Below are positions 60,506-64,000 of a DNA stretch of 64,000 nucleotides, piece after piece. Below the pieces are notes generated by a model, which ran no database searches, was not told the origin of the DNA, and worked only from the letters and a program-made list of their open reading frames with translations. Each line of letters begins with the position of its first letter. Position 1 is the first letter of the stretch. Source of the stretch: Octopus vulgaris (Eukaryota); assembly GCA_951406725.2 (NCBI GenBank), contig OX597817.1:174158001-174222000 (forward strand), given 5' to 3'. Position numbers and translations under genes: made by a program.

Positions 60506-62706
60506 TTACCCTGTATAAATTCTTTGTTATAAGGGTGATAAAGTTTTGACTGATCTCACAGCAATGAATCAAATCTGGGGTGTCCAATACAACTCCAAAA
60601 CAGCATGACTGTGTTTTCATGGCATCTGTATCAGAAAAATTCTTGTAGTTAAGTTGGAAACAGAGTATCTGAGGTTCCACACATGATGCTGTGATATTTA
60701 TTATCTGCTCTATGTGGCTTCTGTAGTGATTCTTTGTGGTGTATCCTTGCATCACTGAGATCCACAAAGCGCCTTGACCAAAGCTATGGGAATTCAAAGA
60801 CCACTTTGAATTCTTCTATTTACATAGAGTATTGAATTGTGTCAAATATTCCACTTTCACTTTGTGATCATAAACTAAAAGTTTACCTTTATGATGTCTT
60901 TCCAGGGCTCAGGTATCTTATTCTTTATTGTCTGAAACAAAAATGAAATTATCAAGACAAGAAATAAGCAGTATGATTCATTCACCTGTATGCCACTTAC
61001 CCATGTGACAGTTCTTATTTCAGTGCTTATTACCTATCTATTTGGAAGTGATCCCTTGAATTATAACCCAGGCCCCTTAACAACTCAAGTCATAACACCT
61101 TCTTAGAAATTTTCACCATCATCATCTTTTAATGTTTACTTTTTCCATGGCTTGCATGCATCAGAGAAAATTTGTTGAGGCAGATTTTCTATAACTGGAT
61201 ACCCTTCTTATCACCAATCCTCACCTGTTTTCAAGCCAGGTAATATTTTCCTTGGTTCTTTGAATATAGACACCACAATGGCTGATTATGATTTCATAGA
61301 AGGTTGCAAATGGATCACACTGCTTGTATGATTGGTGATGTTTGTTGACAGCTATCATATGATGTGAAGAGAAAGAGAGACAACACACACAGATCCCCCC
61401 CCCCACACACAATCCATGCACACATGCACATACACACATATATATATATAACATACACATACAATCCATGCACACATACACATATAAAACATGCTGCTTT
61501 CAGTTTTCATCCACCAAATCCATTCCCATGGCTTTGGTCAAATCTGATGCGCATGTGCCTCTGGAGAGGACGCATCAGTTTACTTAGCTGTTTGGCATGG
61601 ATACCTGATCTTATGGACAAAGAACAATAAACTTGGCATAACTATGTCGTAAAAAGCTTGCTTCCCAACCACAAAGATTGAGTTGAGGAATAATTCATGA
61701 ATGTTTTTTCAAATTTATTTTAAACAAAAAAACTACAACAAATTAATCAATAATATACCTACACCTACATATAATTACATATAGTTTTCTAATATATAAA
61801 TATTCTATTTTAATTTGAAAACATAGATATCTCTTTGCAAGATTTTTGATCTGAAACCAATTGTTTGAAACCAATATTGTTGTTATTCTAGAAACATCTA
61901 ACTGTTAAATCCTTTATAGATTTTAGTTTTATGACTCTTCCAAAATGTAACAACAACTCTATTCAGTTAGTTTCTAAAATGTAACCCCCAAATATGATGC
62001 AAATTGTAACATTTCTAAGTTGGAAATCTAATGCCTTATTCAGTCGGCCTGTTTACCTTTGCAAGTTAAAAAAGTTGGAAATTATGCGTCCCAAATACAG
62101 TTTTCAGTCTTCTACTATAGTCTTGGGCTAACCAAAGTCTTGTGAGTAGATTTGGTTGACAGAAACTGAAAGAAGCTTGCTAAATCTATGTCTGTTAGTA
62201 TATGAGTGTGTATTTGTGTCTCCTTGTTCTGATATTAAGTGATGGTTGTAAGTAAGTGTCATCATCATACAGCCATGTTATTCATATCTAGTCTTCCATA
62301 TAAACATATTAAGCCAAGGGGAAACATTACCTTATTTGAAAACAAGTGAGATTTGGTGACAGGAAGGGTGTCTGACCATAGAAAATCTGCCTCGATGAAT
62401 TCCATCTGCTCCATGCAAACATGCAAAAATAGAAGTTAGAATGACAATATGGTGTTTCTTTTAAAAAGGCACAGGCATGCTTGTGTGGTTAAGAAGTTTG
62501 CTTCTCAACCATGTGGTTTCAGGTTCAATCCTATTGGGCAGCACCTTGGGCAAGTGTTTTTTACTTATGGGGCTGAACTAATGATGGGCTTCTTTCAGTT
62601 TCCATCAATCAAATTCCAAAATGCAACACCAATTTTGTTACTTAGATTAATTCCATTCTTCTTATAACTGTTGGTCATTCGATTTTTTGTTTTGCTTTAT
62701 CTGTAG

Positions 62707-62881
62707 ACTGTGTGCAGTGTGACATTGAATATCCTAAATTTCTGGCAGCATCCCAACCATTCCACTCTGATCCACAGATCTATTTTGGCCATGTTACTGA
62801 TTCTGAACTTATCAAAAGTTTCGGGGTTACTGAGTATCCATCAATTGTCTACTATCAACCAGGCAGTGAATCACCATCTAT
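62707..62881 (+). CDS. Thioredoxin/PDI-like protein, coding exon 3 (D-CVQC ... FGVTEYPSIVYY)
   Basis: ctgtAG acceptor, GTAAGT donor, phase 1 to 2; DCVQCDIEYPKFLAASQPFHSDPQIYFGHVTDSELIKSFGVTEYPSIVYYQPGSESPS contains CxxC and the cis-Pro loop. Confidence 0.9.
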
Positions 62882-63034
62882 GTAAGTCTTTGTGGTTCCT
62901 TTTTTTAAAATTTCATGCTTGTTTTTTGTTCCAGATATTTCCTCTTTTCCGCTTACATAAATCACTTACATCATCCATCATCCATCATAATCATCATCAT
63001 CATAGTTACCATCAACATCATCACACAAGAACTT

Positions 63035-63439
63035 CCGGCGGTTTATTTTTTGTTTGTCACTGTTATTTATGATAACCCTAACCCTAAAACCTTAACCCTA
63101 ACCCTAACCCTAAAACCCTAACTCTAAAATCCTAACCTTAAAACCAAAACCAGTACAAATGCATGAACGATTTCATAAATAACAGTGACAAACGAAAAAT
63201 ACACCACTGATAGTTGTTGATAAACAATGGCAGTAATTTTATTCAGCTGAATACACGTCATTGATTGGTTGAAATTACCGAAATACGAATACTTTAACGT
63301 GAAATTACTTCGTAAATATAAGTTTTTCTCAAAAATGCTAAAAGTAAAAGATGTTTTATATGACACATTCTACCAGTGTCCGAAGTTTGAAAGTGTTTAG
63401 TTACAGAAAATTATTCTGTTGGTCAAAAGGTAAAGATCC
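63035..63439 (-). mobile_element. Relative of the 28804-29242 element, with (CCCTAA)n inside an internal palindrome
   Basis: Ends AAAGATCC; shares GTAACTAAA..CTTCG..ACTGGTAGAATGTG; 33-bp inverted repeat 63040-63072 / 63173-63205. Confidence 0.65.
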
Positions 63440-63525
63440 GATTATTCTGACAAATGCAATGTTTATTCAATCACATTGTTTTCATTTAATGATGCATTAT
63501 CTCAAAGCTTCAAGATTACGATGAT

Positions 63526-63790
63526 GTCATCATCATCAGCTAATGTCTTTTTTCCATGCTGGCAAGGGTTGAACGGTTTGATTGGAGCTGGTAAGGTCAG
63601 AGGCTGCACCATGCTCCATTGTCAGTTCAGGAATGGTTTCTATAGCTGGATGCTCTTCCTAATGCTAGCCACACCACTGAGTACTGGGTGCTTTTTATGT
63701 GGCACTAGCATCAGTACTTTTAATGTGGCACCAGCATGAATGCTCTTTATGTGGCACCAGCACCTGTGCCTTTTATGTGACACAATTCTG
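63526..63790 (-). mobile_element. RTE 3' tail fragment with four 26-bp units
   Basis: RTE tail followed by units at 63688, 63714, 63740 and 63766. Confidence 0.8.
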
Positions 63791-64000
63791 CTGTGGAGGA
63801 TAGGTAGGCCTTCGTGATGTGATTTGATATTTTTAGAATAACATTGCAAGGTTAGTGTGAGAGGCCAGATGTGGCCAGTCTGGACATAAAACAGATACAA
63901 TATTTGTACTGGATATGGTCGGTTTAAATGCTAAATAGTTAATGCTTAGTGACTCTCTCAAATCACCAATGCTCTGCCTTTCATGCAAATGAACATTGAT

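Overview
Eukaryotic, AT-rich, repeat-dense DNA whose SINE, RTE and microsatellite content looks like an octopus genome (inference from repeat families). Two host genes are visible, both on +. The first is the 3' end of an unidentified gene (candidate exons at 5317-5385, 8030-8084 and terminal 9769-9980, then a long UTR-like tract). The second is the first three coding exons (55576-55677, 59293-59338, 62707-62881) of a signal-peptide thioredoxin/PDI-fold protein with an atypical D-CVQC motif; the ORF track misses it. The rest is mobile DNA: a near-intact full-length RTE LINE (APE+RT+PHD), many tRNA-derived SINEs, CR1/L2 fragments, piggyBac-, Tigger- and hAT-type MITEs, a Helitron-like element, a Tc1 fragment and two convergent solo-LTR-like units. 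A 3.7 kb 78-bp (3x26) satellite appears to have grown out of an RTE 3' UTR. The most notable signals are several minimal type I hammerhead ribozyme motifs: a U3-A8 core variant inside a Penelope/retrozyme-like inverted-plus-tandem repeat (40067-40838), and one carried by a tRNA-headed SINE. Most short ORFs in the track are repeat artefacts. Repeat boundaries are approximate and read by eye.
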